Below are positions 38,332-49,315 of a stretch of DNA of 64,000 nt, in pieces. Position numbers and translations under genes: made by a program. The first letter of the stretch is position 1. The number at the start of each line of letters is the position of its first letter. The notes below the pieces were generated by a model, which was given only the letters and a program-made list of their open reading frames with translations, did not search any database and had not been told where the DNA came from. Origin of the DNA: an uncultured OCS116 cluster bacterium (GTDB taxonomy: Bacteria > Pseudomonadota > Alphaproteobacteria > Rhizobiales > TMED25); assembly GCA_902632055.1 (NCBI GenBank), contig CACPAS010000002.1:2122-66121 (forward strand), in the 5' to 3' direction.

Positions 38332-38865
38332 CTAATTAGAAGTCGCAACGGCATTCCTACTATTTTTTGCAAGTTGACTTTCGATATTAGTAACCGCTTC
38401 GATCTCTTTTATGCCACGGGCTCTGGACACCTCTTTCGCAAGACGATCGAGTGCTGACTCATATAATTGTCTTTCAGAATATGATTGCTCAGATTGGCTT
38501 GGGTTTCTATGCAAATCCCTAACTACTTCTGATAAGGCAATAATATCGCCTGAATTGATTTTAGTTTCATATTCTTGGGCTCTTCTGCTCCACATTGTTT
38601 TCTTAATTTTTGCATTACTTTTGAGGATAGTGAAGGCTTCATCTATAAGATTTGTGTCGGATATCGCTCTCATACGTGTCGACTCTACTTTATTTGTTGG
38701 CACTCTAAGTGTCATCTTATCTTCTTCAAAGTATATTACATATAGCTCTAATTTCATTCCGGCTATTTCCTGTTCAAGTATATCCGTAATTTTACCAACA
38801 CCATGAGATGGATAAACTACATATTCGTTTATTTTGTATTTTTTATTATTTGTTGTATTTGCCAT
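38332..38865 (-). CDS. carD: CarD-family transcriptional regulator
   Basis: 177 aa with N-terminal YVVYPSHGVGKI (a Tudor-like RNAP-interacting domain). Confidence 0.85.
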   Translation of the reverse strand: MANTTNNKKYKINEYVVYPSHGVGKITDILEQEIAGMKLELYVIYFEEDKMTLRVPTNKVESTRMRAISDTNLIDEAFTILKSNAKIKKTMWSRRAQEYETKINSGDIIALSEVVRDLHRNPSQSEQSYSERQLYESALDRLAKEVSRARGIKEIEAVTNIESQLAKNSRNAVATSN

Positions 38866-38887
38866 TTGTTGTAGTTCCTTATTTTAA

Positions 38888-39226
38888 TCAGTCTCCTGTT
38901 CCGGGGTTTTCGGAAAAGTGTTCCTCTAATTTATTTTTCTTATCCTTAAATTCATCTGCATCACTTGGAGGATCTTTTTTCATCGTTATGTTCGGCCAAA
39001 TCTCAGAAAATTTTTTATTTAGTTCGAGATATTCTTCCATACCCGGTTCTGTATCGGGAAGAATTGCTTCAGCAGGACACTCTGGTTCACAAACACCACA
39101 ATCAATGCATTCGTCAGGATGAATAACAAGCATATTTTCACCTTCATAAAAGCAATCTACAGGGCATACCTCAACACAATCCATATATTTGCACTTTATA
39201 CAGGCTTGATTTACAACGTATGTCAT
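38888..39226 (-). CDS. fdxA: 7Fe ferredoxin FdxA
   Basis: [23 protein letters not shown] and [12 protein letters not shown] cluster motifs. Confidence 0.9.
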   Translation of the reverse strand: MTYVVNQACIKCKYMDCVEVCPVDCFYEGENMLVIHPDECIDCGVCEPECPAEAILPDTEPGMEEYLELNKKFSEIWPNITMKKDPPSDADEFKDKKNKLEEHFSENPGTGD

Positions 39227-39292
39227 CTATTTCTTTCTGTGGATATTGATTTTACTTGGACCATTAGATATGTATAAATATAACAGAAAAAT

Positions 39293-41776
39293 CTATTGAT
39301 TTGAAGCATTGTTGAGGTTTTTTAATATTGAAAAGGGATTAATTTCACGATATTCAACCTCATCTTGTACTATCCTAGTTATTTTTTTCCTTACCCAAAA
39401 TTGGCTTTTATCCTTTTTTGTATTTTTAACTTTAGTAAAATCAAGCTCTCTTAAAAGCTTCTCAGTGTGATTTTTCTTCAATCCAAATTTTTTTATTAAT
39501 TCACTATCAAGAGAGAATTTCGAAGATTTCCCTTTCTGCATTTTTTCTCTGACAGAAGACAGTATACTCTCGATCAGGTCAGGTCTGATATAGTTATTGC
39601 TAGAATAAAAATAGCCTAGATTTTGAAAGAGAATTGTATCTGGCCTATTTTCAATAATTTTATCATTTTTTATAGGTTCCAAAGCATACTGGTTTTTGTT
39701 AGAGATGTTATATAATTTGATTCTGAGATAGAATTCATTATCTTCGAATATATTTTTAAAGTATAAAAAATCTTCACCAATAAATATACCATACGATCGA
39801 AGCTCCCTCTTTTCCTGTTTTGATAGTTGTTCAAAATCTATTCCAAGTCTACTTTTCTGTATTACTCCAAGATTCTCTATTATTGAAAACTGTATTGCTG
39901 ATAGAGGTCCATTAAGGTTTGCATTATTTAATTTTACAAGTCCAGGCAATACTTTTTTGATGTGGTAAGAGAGCCAATTCTCGAGTTTATTTTGTAATTT
40001 CTTTTTATTATTTACATCAAGATAATCATCAGCCAGAAGTTGAATCTTTGGTAGTAAGATATTTGAGCTTCTAGATATTACTGCAATTGGCATACTTTTC
40101 CACAATAACTCATTTGTGTTTGAGAGTTGGAACTCGGACTTGTCTGAAATTAGTACATTTTTTGCCTGCTCATTTATTTTTGTATGAATTATATTATTTA
40201 GTTTACTTTTTGCGGATTTATTCAATTTTGCTGCTGATTGATGTTTAAATTTTAATCCGTCAACTGTCCCAAAGGTAATATTTCCAACATTTATTTTATT
40301 CTTTTCATCAACTTTAATATTTTTTAAGTCTGTATAATTAACAAGTATACTCGTCCTTCTATCAATAAATCTTTGCATAAGCCGCTCATGCAATTTATCT
40401 GATAATTTATCTTCGATGGCCCTTGTTCTTTTCTGCCAGTGTTTTGAGTCCTTTATCCAACTACTTTTATTGGCTATGAAGTTACATGTTCTGATAAAAG
40501 AGATTTTATTTGATAAGCCATCAATGTCACCGTTATATTTTGCGCAATATTTTACTTCTTTATCAAACCAATCATCATCTATATACCCGTATGACTCTGT
40601 TATGTCAGAAAAAATCTTTAGTACTATTTTTGAGTGGTTATCTATGCCTGTTTGTCTATAATCGGGTATCTGGCAGAGCTCCCATAATAGCCTTAATTCA
40701 TCACTTTTCAGTTTCCTGTCACATAATAATTTATTCTCATTGATATATTCGAGTGTTAACTGGTCTTCACTGGGCTTTGCTGATTTAAGGTAAGGTAAAT
40801 CTGGTTTTGAATTTAAGCTATCAAGCATACTCGTAAGGGAATTGAACTTTATATTGCTATTTCGCCATTTGATATTATCAATTGTAGCAAACTTATGATT
40901 TTCTACTGAGCTCACAATATTGGGGTCTAATTCTGGGTTCGGGTATGTCATGCAAAAAGTACCATTATTCATATATCTTCCCGCTCGGCCGGCAATTTGT
41001 CCAACTTCGTGGGGGAAAAGATATCTGTATTTATGACCATCAAATTTTTTGATTGAGTCGAAAGCAATGTGATCAATATCCATGTTTAATCCCATCCCAA
41101 TTGCATCGGTAGCAACCAAGTAATCCGCTTCCCCAGACTGATACAGTTCAACTTGGGCGTTACGTGTTCTCGGTGATAGAGCGCCTAGAACGACAGCCGC
41201 CCCCCCATTTTGCTGTCTTACAAAATCAGCAATTTCATACACACGATTTATTGAGAATGCGATTATTGCTGTTCTCTTTCTTAACCGTGAAATTTTTTTT
41301 GAATTTTCATATGTTAATTTTGAAAATCTAGTTTTTTTTATTACTTCTATATCTGGGATGATTTTTTTTAATATTACTTCAATTGTTTCAGATCCTAGGA
41401 ACAAGGTTTCAATCGAACCTCTTGCTTCAAAAATTCTCTTTGTGAATATATGTCCACGTTCAATGTCACTTGCGAGTTGTATCTCATCAATCGCAATAAA
41501 TTCAACAGGTATATCTGTCGGCATTGCCTCAACTGTACAAATATAATATTTAGGGAACTTTGGTATATATTTTTCTTCCCCCGTAATAAGAGCAACTGAC
41601 TGTGCACCTATTTTATTAGATATCTTATCGTAGAGCTCACGTGCGAGAAGCCTCAATGGAACACCTATCATTCCAGTATCATAGGTAAGCATTAAATTCA
41701 TTGCGTGATAGGTTTTGCCAGTATTAGTGGGCCCTAAGATCGCTTTTACTTTCGTATTTGTTTTTATAGGTATCAT
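39293..41776 (-). CDS. Suv3-like superfamily-2 helicase
   Basis: GPTNTGKTY (motif I), AIDEIQL (motif II), QIAGRAGR (motif VI), and a long Lys/Asn-rich C-terminal region. I chose the ATG at 41776 rather than the extended ORF start. Confidence 0.8.
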   Translation of the reverse strand: MIPIKTNTKVKAILGPTNTGKTYHAMNLMLTYDTGMIGVPLRLLARELYDKISNKIGAQSVALITGEEKYIPKFPKYYICTVEAMPTDIPVEFIAIDEIQLASDIERGHIFTKRIFEARGSIETLFLGSETIEVILKKIIPDIEVIKKTRFSKLTYENSKKISRLRKRTAIIAFSINRVYEIADFVRQQNGGAAVVLGALSPRTRNAQVELYQSGEADYLVATDAIGMGLNMDIDHIAFDSIKKFDGHKYRYLFPHEVGQIAGRAGRYMNNGTFCMTYPNPELDPNIVSSVENHKFATIDNIKWRNSNIKFNSLTSMLDSLNSKPDLPYLKSAKPSEDQLTLEYINENKLLCDRKLKSDELRLLWELCQIPDYRQTGIDNHSKIVLKIFSDITESYGYIDDDWFDKEVKYCAKYNGDIDGLSNKISFIRTCNFIANKSSWIKDSKHWQKRTRAIEDKLSDKLHERLMQRFIDRRTSILVNYTDLKNIKVDEKNKINVGNITFGTVDGLKFKHQSAAKLNKSAKSKLNNIIHTKINEQAKNVLISDKSEFQLSNTNELLWKSMPIAVISRSSNILLPKIQLLADDYLDVNNKKKLQNKLENWLSYHIKKVLPGLVKLNNANLNGPLSAIQFSIIENLGVIQKSRLGIDFEQLSKQEKRELRSYGIFIGEDFLYFKNIFEDNEFYLRIKLYNISNKNQYALEPIKNDKIIENRPDTILFQNLGYFYSSNNYIRPDLIESILSSVREKMQKGKSSKFSLDSELIKKFGLKKNHTEKLLRELDFTKVKNTKKDKSQFWVRKKITRIVQDEVEYREINPFSILKNLNNASNQ

Positions 41777-41911
41777 TGTAATTAACAATATATTTATGAA
41801 AATAGAACATTGAAAGAACAAATCATGTCCGAATCAGTAATAAGGGCCAATTCATTTTTTGTTCCATACTACATTTAGTACATAAATTTTGGTTCGTACA
41901 TATAAAAATAT

Positions 41912-42757
41912 TTAAAAAACTACAGGTTTCCCATTTATAGTTAGTTCCACTAAGTTAATTGACCCAGATATACCTTCACGAGCATTTATGCTGATTGGAA
42001 TCAAGAATATGAATTCATCTTTAATAGTAATTTTCATGAGTTCTAGTATGAAAAGTGGCACAGGATTATCTTCATATTTTTTCATTTCTTTATCTGAGAA
42101 TCCAACAAGTGGTATAAATTTCGCACTGCAAATATTTTCTTCTTGTATGTGTTCAAATTGAATAGAAAATATTCTTCTTCCATCAGTTACCTCCCATTCT
42201 CCCGTGCACACATCTTTACTGTGATACATTGACATTTCTATCATACTTGAAATTGGGTCTATGGTTTGGGCATTCAATTGTTCATATAGCCTTATAAGTT
42301 TATTTTCTTTTATTTCAGGCCTTGCCAATATGTTGTGTTTACCGTTTCGGTAGACAATACTGACATGACCAACCCCCTTTTTTGTTTCAATGTGGTTATT
42401 ATAAAATTTTGGTTGTATATCATTTTTACTTAATACCCCTCGGGATGAGAAGGTCCAAATTGAATTTGAGAATAGATCCCCAATTCCTTGTGTTTGAACA
42501 GTGGCGTTTGAAAAGTATTTTGCTTCCCCAAAGTTAACTTCAAAGTCAAGTTTTGCAATTTTTAATCCTAGAGATTTGATGTCATATCTTAGGTTTATTT
42601 GATCGTCGATGAAGTATCTTTTTTCAACATCATATTCAATTCTCTTATTGGTTTCTGAGCTGTATACGGCTGAATAAGTATTTAAATAGACAATGATGGG
42701 TGTCAGAAACATAGCCAAGATTGGCTGGATAGTTAATTTAGGGACTCTTAACTTCAT
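41912..42757 (-). CDS. DUF3108-like exported protein
   Basis: 281 aa with an N-terminal hydrophobic segment and a beta-rich body. This family commonly neighbours rpmB in Alphaproteobacteria (from recall). Confidence 0.4.
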   Translation of the reverse strand: MKLRVPKLTIQPILAMFLTPIIVYLNTYSAVYSSETNKRIEYDVEKRYFIDDQINLRYDIKSLGLKIAKLDFEVNFGEAKYFSNATVQTQGIGDLFSNSIWTFSSRGVLSKNDIQPKFYNNHIETKKGVGHVSIVYRNGKHNILARPEIKENKLIRLYEQLNAQTIDPISSMIEMSMYHSKDVCTGEWEVTDGRRIFSIQFEHIQEENICSAKFIPLVGFSDKEMKKYEDNPVPLFILELMKITIKDEFIFLIPISINAREGISGSINLVELTINGKPVVF

Positions 42758-42850
42758 GTCATTATATATTAACTTGAATTAGTAAAATAAGTATGACTAT
42801 ATCAGGATGTTCGCAAGATATTTTTTATTCAAATATAAAAGATATTGAAG

Positions 42851-42879
42851 TTGACGGATTGTTGGTGAAGGTTTATATA
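42851..42879 (+). promoter_or_regulatory. candidate sigma70 promoter of rpmB
   Basis: TTGACG (42851-56), a 17-nt spacer, then TATATA (42874-79). It lies about 35 nt upstream of the rpmB ATG. Confidence 0.45.
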
Positions 42880-42912
42880 CTGTTTATTGGTACATTAATC
42901 GGAGTTCAAATA

Positions 42913-43206
42913 ATGTCTAGAAAATGTGAGCTAACTGGCAAAGCTGTAATGTCAGGCAACAATGTTAGTCACGCCAATAACAAAAACCGGCGTAAATTTT
43001 TGCCAAATCTACATCAAGTTACACTTCGAAGTAATCTATTAGATGAAAAAGTTTACTTAAGGATATCTTCAAAAGCCCTTCGCAGTGTTGAACACAGGGG
43101 CGGATTAGATCAGTTTCTAATGAAAGAGGCGAAGGAAAATTTATCTTCAAAAGCTCAGACCATCAAAAAGCGTATCGAAAAAGTAGCAAATGGTACTCAA
43201 AATTAA
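42913..43206 (+). CDS. rpmB: 50S ribosomal protein L28
   Basis: [32 protein letters not shown] lies 8 nt upstream of the ATG. The ORF-track start at 42793 is a spurious extension. Confidence 0.95.
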   Translation: MSRKCELTGKAVMSGNNVSHANNKNRRKFLPNLHQVTLRSNLLDEKVYLRISSKALRSVEHRGGLDQFLMKEAKENLSSKAQTIKKRIEKVANGTQN

Positions 43207-43814
43207 TGCTTAATTCAAAAAAGTTACTACTCATATTATGTATGGTAACTGTAATACTCGTATCAAATATATTAGTTCAATATCCCGTTATGTTCTGGGG
43301 CTTAGAAGACTTGCTCACATGGGCTGCCTTCACCTACCCTATAGCATTTTTTGTTACAGATATAACAAATAGGACTTATGGAGTAATGACTGCAAGAAAG
43401 ATTGTTTTTTGGGGGTTTCTAACAGCTGTCATCTTATCTATTTACTTTGCCACTCCAAGGATTGCAATAGCTTCAGGCAGTGCTTTTTTAATATCCCAAT
43501 TAATTGACATACAAATTTTTACTAAGTTGATTAAATACAAATGGTGGCAAGCTCCATTGGTCTCTTCAACATTAGGATCGATCATTGACACACTTCTATT
43601 TTTTACAATCGCATTTTCGGTGACATTTTCAATGATGGGTTATGAAGATAGTTTTGCAACTGAAAATATTATGATTTTATCCGGAATTGCTGAGGCGCCG
43701 CGATGGCTGATGTGGGCCTTTGGTGATTTCGCTGTGAAGCTATTTGTTGCATTAATGCTATTGATACCATTTAGGGTAATCTATTTTCGACATCTTTATA
43801 AATCAGAAGCTTGA
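43206..43814 (+). CDS. yhhQ: queuosine-precursor transporter (YhhQ/VUT, DUF165 family)
   Basis: 202 aa, multi-TM, with YP..FF.TD..NR.YG and Q.ID. Its ATG overlaps the rpmB TAA (TAATG). Confidence 0.7.
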   Translation: MLNSKKLLLILCMVTVILVSNILVQYPVMFWGLEDLLTWAAFTYPIAFFVTDITNRTYGVMTARKIVFWGFLTAVILSIYFATPRIAIASGSAFLISQLIDIQIFTKLIKYKWWQAPLVSSTLGSIIDTLLFFTIAFSVTFSMMGYEDSFATENIMILSGIAEAPRWLMWAFGDFAVKLFVALMLLIPFRVIYFRHLYKSEA

Positions 43815-45626
43815 TTATTTATTTTCGTTCTCATCAAATAATTCAGCAAGCTTCTCAGTCATTACTCCGCCAAGCTCCTCGACATCAATAATTGTAACAG
43901 CTCTTTTATAATATCTTGTTACGTCATGTCCTATACCGATTGCAACTAGTTCAACATCTTTATTATTTTCAATTTTATTTATGATTTTTTTTAGGTGAAG
44001 CTCTAAGTAATTACCCGAGTTTACTGAAAGAGAAGAGTCATCAACGGGCGCCCCATCAGATATCACCATCATAATTTTTCTCTGTTCTTGTCTCTTTTGG
44101 AGCCTATCAAATGCCCATTCAAGAGCTTCTCCATCAATGTTTTCTTTTAATATACCCTCTTTCATCATAAGACCTAAATTTCGTTTTGATCGTCTCCACG
44201 GAGCATCAGCAGATTTATATATAATATGCCTTAAATCATTTAATCTCCCTGGGCGCATTGGCTTACCTGATTCAGTCCACAATTCTCGAGATTGACCACC
44301 TTTCCATGCCTTGGTAGTAAAACCTAGAACTTCTGCTTTTACCCCGCATCTTTCAAGGGTTCTTGTTAATATGTCTGCGCAAGTTGCAGCAACCATTATC
44401 GGTCGACCTCTCATTGATCCTGAGTTATCAATTAATAATGTAACAACAGTATCTCTAAAGTCCGTATCCCTTTCCATTTTGAATGACAATGGGTGCATTG
44501 GGTCTGTTACGACCCGAACTAATCTCGCAGTATCAAGCGTTCCTTCTTCTAGATCAAAGTCCCAGGAACGATTTTGTTGTGCCATCAATTTTCTTTGCAA
44601 CTTATTCGCTAACCTCGCTACAATCGCTTGAAGATTTGATATTTGCTTATCCAGATAATTTCTCAGCCTATCCAATTCTTCCAGATCTGCCATTTCATCC
44701 GCGTTTATAATTTCATCATACTGATTTGTATAAATCTTGTACTCTTGCTTTCTTAAATTCGGTGAGTCATCAATTTCTCCACTGCTGTCGGGTGCTGAAG
44801 TCTCCTCGCCTTCTTCATCTGCGCCTTCTAAATCATCAAGGTCTATAAGTTCTTCTATGCTTTCATCATCGATGACTTCTTGTTCGTCTGGGTCAAATTC
44901 CTCACTGATTTCTGTATTCTCCTCTTCAGATCCTTCAAGATCGCTTTCGCCATCCTCATTTTTTGATGATGAGGGGTCCGAGTCACCCAAACTATTCGCA
45001 ATATCGAGAGCATCAAGTAATTGGGGTATTTGACTCGCGAATAATTCTTGATTATGTATCTCATCCTTAAGTTTTTTTAACTCGGCAAGCGCTTTTTCAT
45101 TGACATGCGGTCTCCATAGATCGACAAATTTTCGCGTATTATTTGGTGGGGCAAAACCAGTTAACGCTTCTCTTACAATGAGGCCGATAGCCTCCCCGAT
45201 AGGCGCCTCATCTTTATTAGTTATATTATTCAAAGTTGAATTTCTATAATTCTCAACATTCCTTGCATTTAAATTAGTGGCGCAACCTGGCATATCTTCT
45301 GCGCCCACTGCTTCTATTCTTGCTTCTTCAATCAAGTCATATAACTTGAGCGCCTGAGGTGATGTCGGCTGGTATTTCTTATGTATTTCTTGATCATGAT
45401 TTTTTATTTTTAGTGCCAATAAATCCGCGTTTCCTCTGAGTACTGCAAGTTCTGCTTTATTCAGAGATTGACCTGGGTCTCTTAGCTTTATTTTTTTTCC
45501 GTTCATATTTGGCGGCTCATCACCAAATATAACTTCAAGCTCAGGCTCTTCTGCTATTGATCTTGTTGCTTCTGTAATCGTTTTTTTGATGATCTCAGAA
45601 AAGTTATTTTCCTTGATTTCTGGCAT
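43815..45626 (-). CDS. cobT: CobT-like protein (aerobic cobaltochelatase subunit family; VWA domain)
   Basis: 603 aa with a CobT N-terminal region, a long acidic D/E tract, and a C-terminal VWA domain with a MIDAS-like LLIDNSGSM. Confidence 0.8.
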   Translation of the reverse strand: MPEIKENNFSEIIKKTITEATRSIAEEPELEVIFGDEPPNMNGKKIKLRDPGQSLNKAELAVLRGNADLLALKIKNHDQEIHKKYQPTSPQALKLYDLIEEARIEAVGAEDMPGCATNLNARNVENYRNSTLNNITNKDEAPIGEAIGLIVREALTGFAPPNNTRKFVDLWRPHVNEKALAELKKLKDEIHNQELFASQIPQLLDALDIANSLGDSDPSSSKNEDGESDLEGSEEENTEISEEFDPDEQEVIDDESIEELIDLDDLEGADEEGEETSAPDSSGEIDDSPNLRKQEYKIYTNQYDEIINADEMADLEELDRLRNYLDKQISNLQAIVARLANKLQRKLMAQQNRSWDFDLEEGTLDTARLVRVVTDPMHPLSFKMERDTDFRDTVVTLLIDNSGSMRGRPIMVAATCADILTRTLERCGVKAEVLGFTTKAWKGGQSRELWTESGKPMRPGRLNDLRHIIYKSADAPWRRSKRNLGLMMKEGILKENIDGEALEWAFDRLQKRQEQRKIMMVISDGAPVDDSSLSVNSGNYLELHLKKIINKIENNKDVELVAIGIGHDVTRYYKRAVTIIDVEELGGVMTEKLAELFDENENK

Positions 45627-45636
45627 ATTTGAGTAA

Positions 45637-46626
45637 TTATTCTTCAGTTGATTTTATGAGTTCTACACCCTCAAGCTCTTGGTCAAAACACCTTTGGAAG
45701 AATTCTGCCACGACAGGTCGTTCTAGTTCATCGCATTTGTTAAGGAAAGTAAGCCGGAAAGCAAAGCCAATATCACCAAATATAAGACTATTTTCTGCCC
45801 ATGTGAGCACTGTTCTTGGACTCATGACTGTAGATAGATCTCCATTTACAAATGCATTTCTTGATAATTCGGCTACCTTCACCATTTTATCGATTGTCTG
45901 CTGTCCTTCTTTATTATCGTATGATTTTGCTTTTGATATGACGATAGATTTTTCAACATCATGGGGTAGGTAATTTAATGTTGATACAATTGACCATCTA
46001 TCCATTTGACCCTGATTTATTTGTTGAGTTCCATGATATAAGCCCGTAGTGTCGCCCAATCCAACAGTGTTTGTGGTCGCAAACATCCTAAAATATGGGT
46101 GCGGTTTTATCACTTTACTTTGATCAAGAAGTGTCAGTTTTCCCGATACTTCAAGCACTCGTTGTATAACAAACATGACGTCTGGTCTACCAGCGTCGTA
46201 CTCATCAAATACAAGAGCGATATTCGATTGTAAGGCCCAAGGAAGAATACCTTCTTTAAATTCGGTTACTTGTTTTCCATCCTCTAGTACAATCGCATCT
46301 TTTCCTACTAAATCTATCCTGCTGACGTGACTATCAAGATTTATTCTTAAACATGGCCAATTCAGCCGTGCGGCCACTTGTTCAATGTGAGTTGATTTTC
46401 CTGTTCCATGATAGCCTTGTACCATTACGCGTCTGTTGTGAGAGAAACCGGCCAAGATGGCTAGTGTAGTTTGAGGATCAAAAATATATGACTCATCAAT
46501 TTCGGGTACATACTCATTCCTAGTCGAGTATGCAGGGACCATCAATTTTGTCTCGAATCCAAATGTCTTCTCAACAGATATCTCAGTATCTGGCGCCATG
46601 TTCTTTTCTTTATTTTCTGTATTCAT
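45637..46626 (-). CDS. cobS: CobS-like AAA+ ATPase (aerobic cobaltochelatase subunit family)
   Basis: [46 protein letters not shown] is near-identical to the CobS consensus as I recall it. Confidence 0.85.
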   Translation of the reverse strand: MNTENKEKNMAPDTEISVEKTFGFETKLMVPAYSTRNEYVPEIDESYIFDPQTTLAILAGFSHNRRVMVQGYHGTGKSTHIEQVAARLNWPCLRINLDSHVSRIDLVGKDAIVLEDGKQVTEFKEGILPWALQSNIALVFDEYDAGRPDVMFVIQRVLEVSGKLTLLDQSKVIKPHPYFRMFATTNTVGLGDTTGLYHGTQQINQGQMDRWSIVSTLNYLPHDVEKSIVISKAKSYDNKEGQQTIDKMVKVAELSRNAFVNGDLSTVMSPRTVLTWAENSLIFGDIGFAFRLTFLNKCDELERPVVAEFFQRCFDQELEGVELIKSTEE

Positions 46627-46646
46627 TTCTCTTCCTCAGTTTTAGT

Positions 46647-47255
46647 TCAGTTTACTAGCCCAATGGATTTTAAATATCTATATGATTTAATAATTTCAAT
46701 CAATTTTTCATCTGTTGTCTCTGTCCCGCCTTTGAGATCTGGATGATGCTTTTTCACTAAAAGTTTATACCTATTTTTAATTTCATCACTAGATGATGCA
46801 TTATCTAATCCTAGTACATATAGCGCCTTTTTTGCAGCATTTCCAATCTTTTGTCTTTTTTGGTTATTTAAATTTAATTTTTCAGCATTTTGATTGTCGC
46901 CTACACGATTAGCCTTCAATTTTTTAAGAATTTCCTCAGCTGAAAAACTACCCAGCTGGTCCTTATTATCAACTCCGAGCTTCCACGTTGGCCTATCGCC
47001 GAGCATTGCCTCTTTTTGAAATTTTGAGAGATCAGTTTGGTTCATGCCCTCAAAGTAATTGTAATTTTTGTTATATTCACGAACATGCTTGAGACAAAAA
47101 TTATAATACTGTCCTTCCAGTCCTCTACCTTTAGGCGCTTTATGAACTGCTGGCATTTCACAATCTTCCCACTGGCAATTATTTTCTCTATTTGGAGCTT
47201 CTTGTTTCTTTGAGATTTTAATACCATCAAAAAATTTTGAATTAACATTTGCCAT
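46647..47255 (-). CDS. J-domain protein
   Basis: 202 aa with a C-terminal J domain (YKLLVKKHHPDLKGG) and an N-terminal Cys-containing region. Confidence 0.75.
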   Translation of the reverse strand: MANVNSKFFDGIKISKKQEAPNRENNCQWEDCEMPAVHKAPKGRGLEGQYYNFCLKHVREYNKNYNYFEGMNQTDLSKFQKEAMLGDRPTWKLGVDNKDQLGSFSAEEILKKLKANRVGDNQNAEKLNLNNQKRQKIGNAAKKALYVLGLDNASSSDEIKNRYKLLVKKHHPDLKGGTETTDEKLIEIIKSYRYLKSIGLVN

Positions 47256-47305
47256 TTATTTTTCACTCTGATTTACTAAATTTATATAATTATTTTTTGG
47301 GATGT

Positions 47306-47587
47306 TTGCAAATTAATATTATTGATAAAATAAGAGCCAAAGTAATCATCTTGGAACCAATTGCACTCGATGTTGTTGACGTTTCGGATCAACACAAAGG
47401 GCACTCCGGCTGGAGGGAAGGCGGACAAACTCATTTTCATATCACTATCGTTTCGGATCACTTTATCGGCAAATCAAAATTAGAACGTCATAAAATCATA
47501 AACGAATTACTGTCTGATGAAATTAAAATGATTCACTCATTATCAATATCAACAAAAACTTCAAATGAAAATGATTTAACTGGATAG
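47306..47587 (+). CDS. bolA: BolA family protein
   Basis: LDVVDVSDQHKGH...THFHITIVSD.F.G.S...RH. I chose the TTG at 47306 because the ORF-track start at 47249 would overlap the divergent J-domain gene. Confidence 0.75.
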   Translation: MQINIIDKIRAKVIILEPIALDVVDVSDQHKGHSGWREGGQTHFHITIVSDHFIGKSKLERHKIINELLSDEIKMIHSLSISTKTSNENDLTG

Positions 47588-47604
47588 TTGATTAATTTTA
47601 ATTA

Positions 47605-48705
47605 TTAATTATCGAGTGTTTCGCGCAGTATATCTAGAATAATATTTTCGTTAACATCATTTCGGATTTCAACACTTCCAATTTCTCTTGGCAGCACCAA
47701 GTTTATTGTACCTTTTGTGACTTTTTTATCACTTCGCATAAGATCAATAATTTTTTCAGGTAATATTGTTTTTTCGCCTAAACTTGTCATATCAGTTAAC
47801 AAGCCGACCTTATTAAAATGATCGGTAATAACATGCAGATGTTCCAAGCTACATAAATTGAGTTTCAGGGATGTTTTGAAAGCCATAACTATCCCAATTG
47901 ATATGGCTTCTCCATGAAGTAAACGCCCATCATATTTATAGAATGACTCGATTGCATGACCGTATGTATGACCTAAATTCAAGTATGCCCTAATATTTTT
48001 TTCATGCGTATCTTTCATAACGATACCTGCTTTTACAAGAGCACTTCTGTATATAGCTTCTTGTAATATGTCATAGTCATTAAAAATTTTTTTTATATTG
48101 TTTTGGAGAAAACTGAATAGTTCAGCATCTCCAATAAGAGCGTGCTTTACAAGCTCAGCATAACCAGCTAATAAATCTCGTTTCGGAAGTGTACCCAGTG
48201 AATTTATGTCACAAATCACTAATTCTGGTTGCTTAAAGCACCCAATTAGATTTTTTCCATATTTACTATTAACAGCTGCTTTACCTCCAATTGAAGAGTC
48301 AACCTGAGCCAATAAAGTTGTTGGTATATTAATAAACTTAACTCCACGATGTACAATACCCGCAATGAATCCAGAGAGATCACCAATTACACCGCCCCCA
48401 AGCCCAATAATAATATCGCGGCGTTCAAACTTTTTTGATAAAAGTTTATTGATGATATTTTCTGCAACTTTAATTTCTTTATTTTTCTCACCAGGAGATA
48501 AGATTATCTTAATGATTTCCGAATTATAGCTCGATAGAGCCTTTTCAAGTTCATCCATATTATTATTTGCTGCATCTGTGTCGGAAATTATAGCAATCTT
48601 TCTGTCTTCAAGACTCTCACGAAGAATAGTTTGAATTCCATTTTGGATATCAGCATACAGGACTTTGTATGAATCCTTAACAAGATTTACATCAATTGTT
48701 CTCAT
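47605..48705 (-). CDS. aroB: 3-dehydroquinate synthase
   Basis: 366 aa with GGGVIGDLSGF, the NAD/metal motifs, and HGEAISIG. Confidence 0.9.
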   Translation of the reverse strand: MRTIDVNLVKDSYKVLYADIQNGIQTILRESLEDRKIAIISDTDAANNNMDELEKALSSYNSEIIKIILSPGEKNKEIKVAENIINKLLSKKFERRDIIIGLGGGVIGDLSGFIAGIVHRGVKFINIPTTLLAQVDSSIGGKAAVNSKYGKNLIGCFKQPELVICDINSLGTLPKRDLLAGYAELVKHALIGDAELFSFLQNNIKKIFNDYDILQEAIYRSALVKAGIVMKDTHEKNIRAYLNLGHTYGHAIESFYKYDGRLLHGEAISIGIVMAFKTSLKLNLCSLEHLHVITDHFNKVGLLTDMTSLGEKTILPEKIIDLMRSDKKVTKGTINLVLPREIGSVEIRNDVNENIILDILRETLDN

Positions 48706-49213
48706 TGAAACCTATTTTTTTTACCTTGGAAATTATTTCTTCCACGCATTCCATTTTAGTTTTTTTATTGCAGTCTATATGAATTTTGGCCATTTCATAA
48801 TCTTTCACTCTGCTTTCAAATATTTTCTCAATTTCTTCGTCTGATTTATTTTCTAAAAGAGGTCGGTTTTGATTCTTTTTTGCTCTTGTTATTATAGTTG
48901 CTATATTTACATTAAGCCAAACCGATATTGATTTTTCTTTTATATGTTTTCGGACTTTTGCATTTAAAAATGCTCCTCCACCAAGTGCAATCACAGACGA
49001 TTTTTTTCTTTCAAGAGTTTCAATTACTAGTTTGCTCTCTTGTTTTCTAAAATATTTCTCTCCATTTTTTTCGAAAATTGATTTGATGCTTCTTTTTTCA
49101 TGAAATTCAATTTCTTTATCAGTATCATAGAATGGAATATTCAAGGTCTTAGATAGGACTTTACCTATACTTGACTTTCCTGTTGCCATCATTCCGAGAA
49201 GCACGATATGCAT
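48692..49213 (-). CDS. aroK: shikimate kinase
   Basis: LLGMMATGKSSIG (P-loop), DTD, GGG. It overlaps the aroB start by 14 nt. Confidence 0.9.
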   Translation of the reverse strand: MHIVLLGMMATGKSSIGKVLSKTLNIPFYDTDKEIEFHEKRSIKSIFEKNGEKYFRKQESKLVIETLERKKSSVIALGGGAFLNAKVRKHIKEKSISVWLNVNIATIITRAKKNQNRPLLENKSDEEIEKIFESRVKDYEMAKIHIDCNKKTKMECVEEIISKVKKIGFNENN

Positions 49214-49315
49214 ATTATCCAATCTTACTAAAAATCAAAATAACCATATATTAAATATTACAGATTAACATTAACAAATGATGTATTTATTTTTCCTGAA
49301 AATGCTCAAAATATT

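Noticed and set aside
38808-39122. A 104-aa + strand ORF antisense to fdxA. Similar antisense ORFs occur at 45629-45973, 44737-45033, 19140-19595, 527-874 and 1996-2478, among others.
   Set aside because: All lie wholly inside strongly supported genes on the other strand. They have Ser/Leu/Phe-rich low-complexity translations and no start context, so they are shadow ORFs.
42793-42912. A 5' extension of rpmB, giving a 137-aa ORF.
   Set aside because: L28 is about 97 aa and begins [10 protein letters not shown]. The ATG at 42913 has a GGAG SD. The extension contains the candidate promoter.
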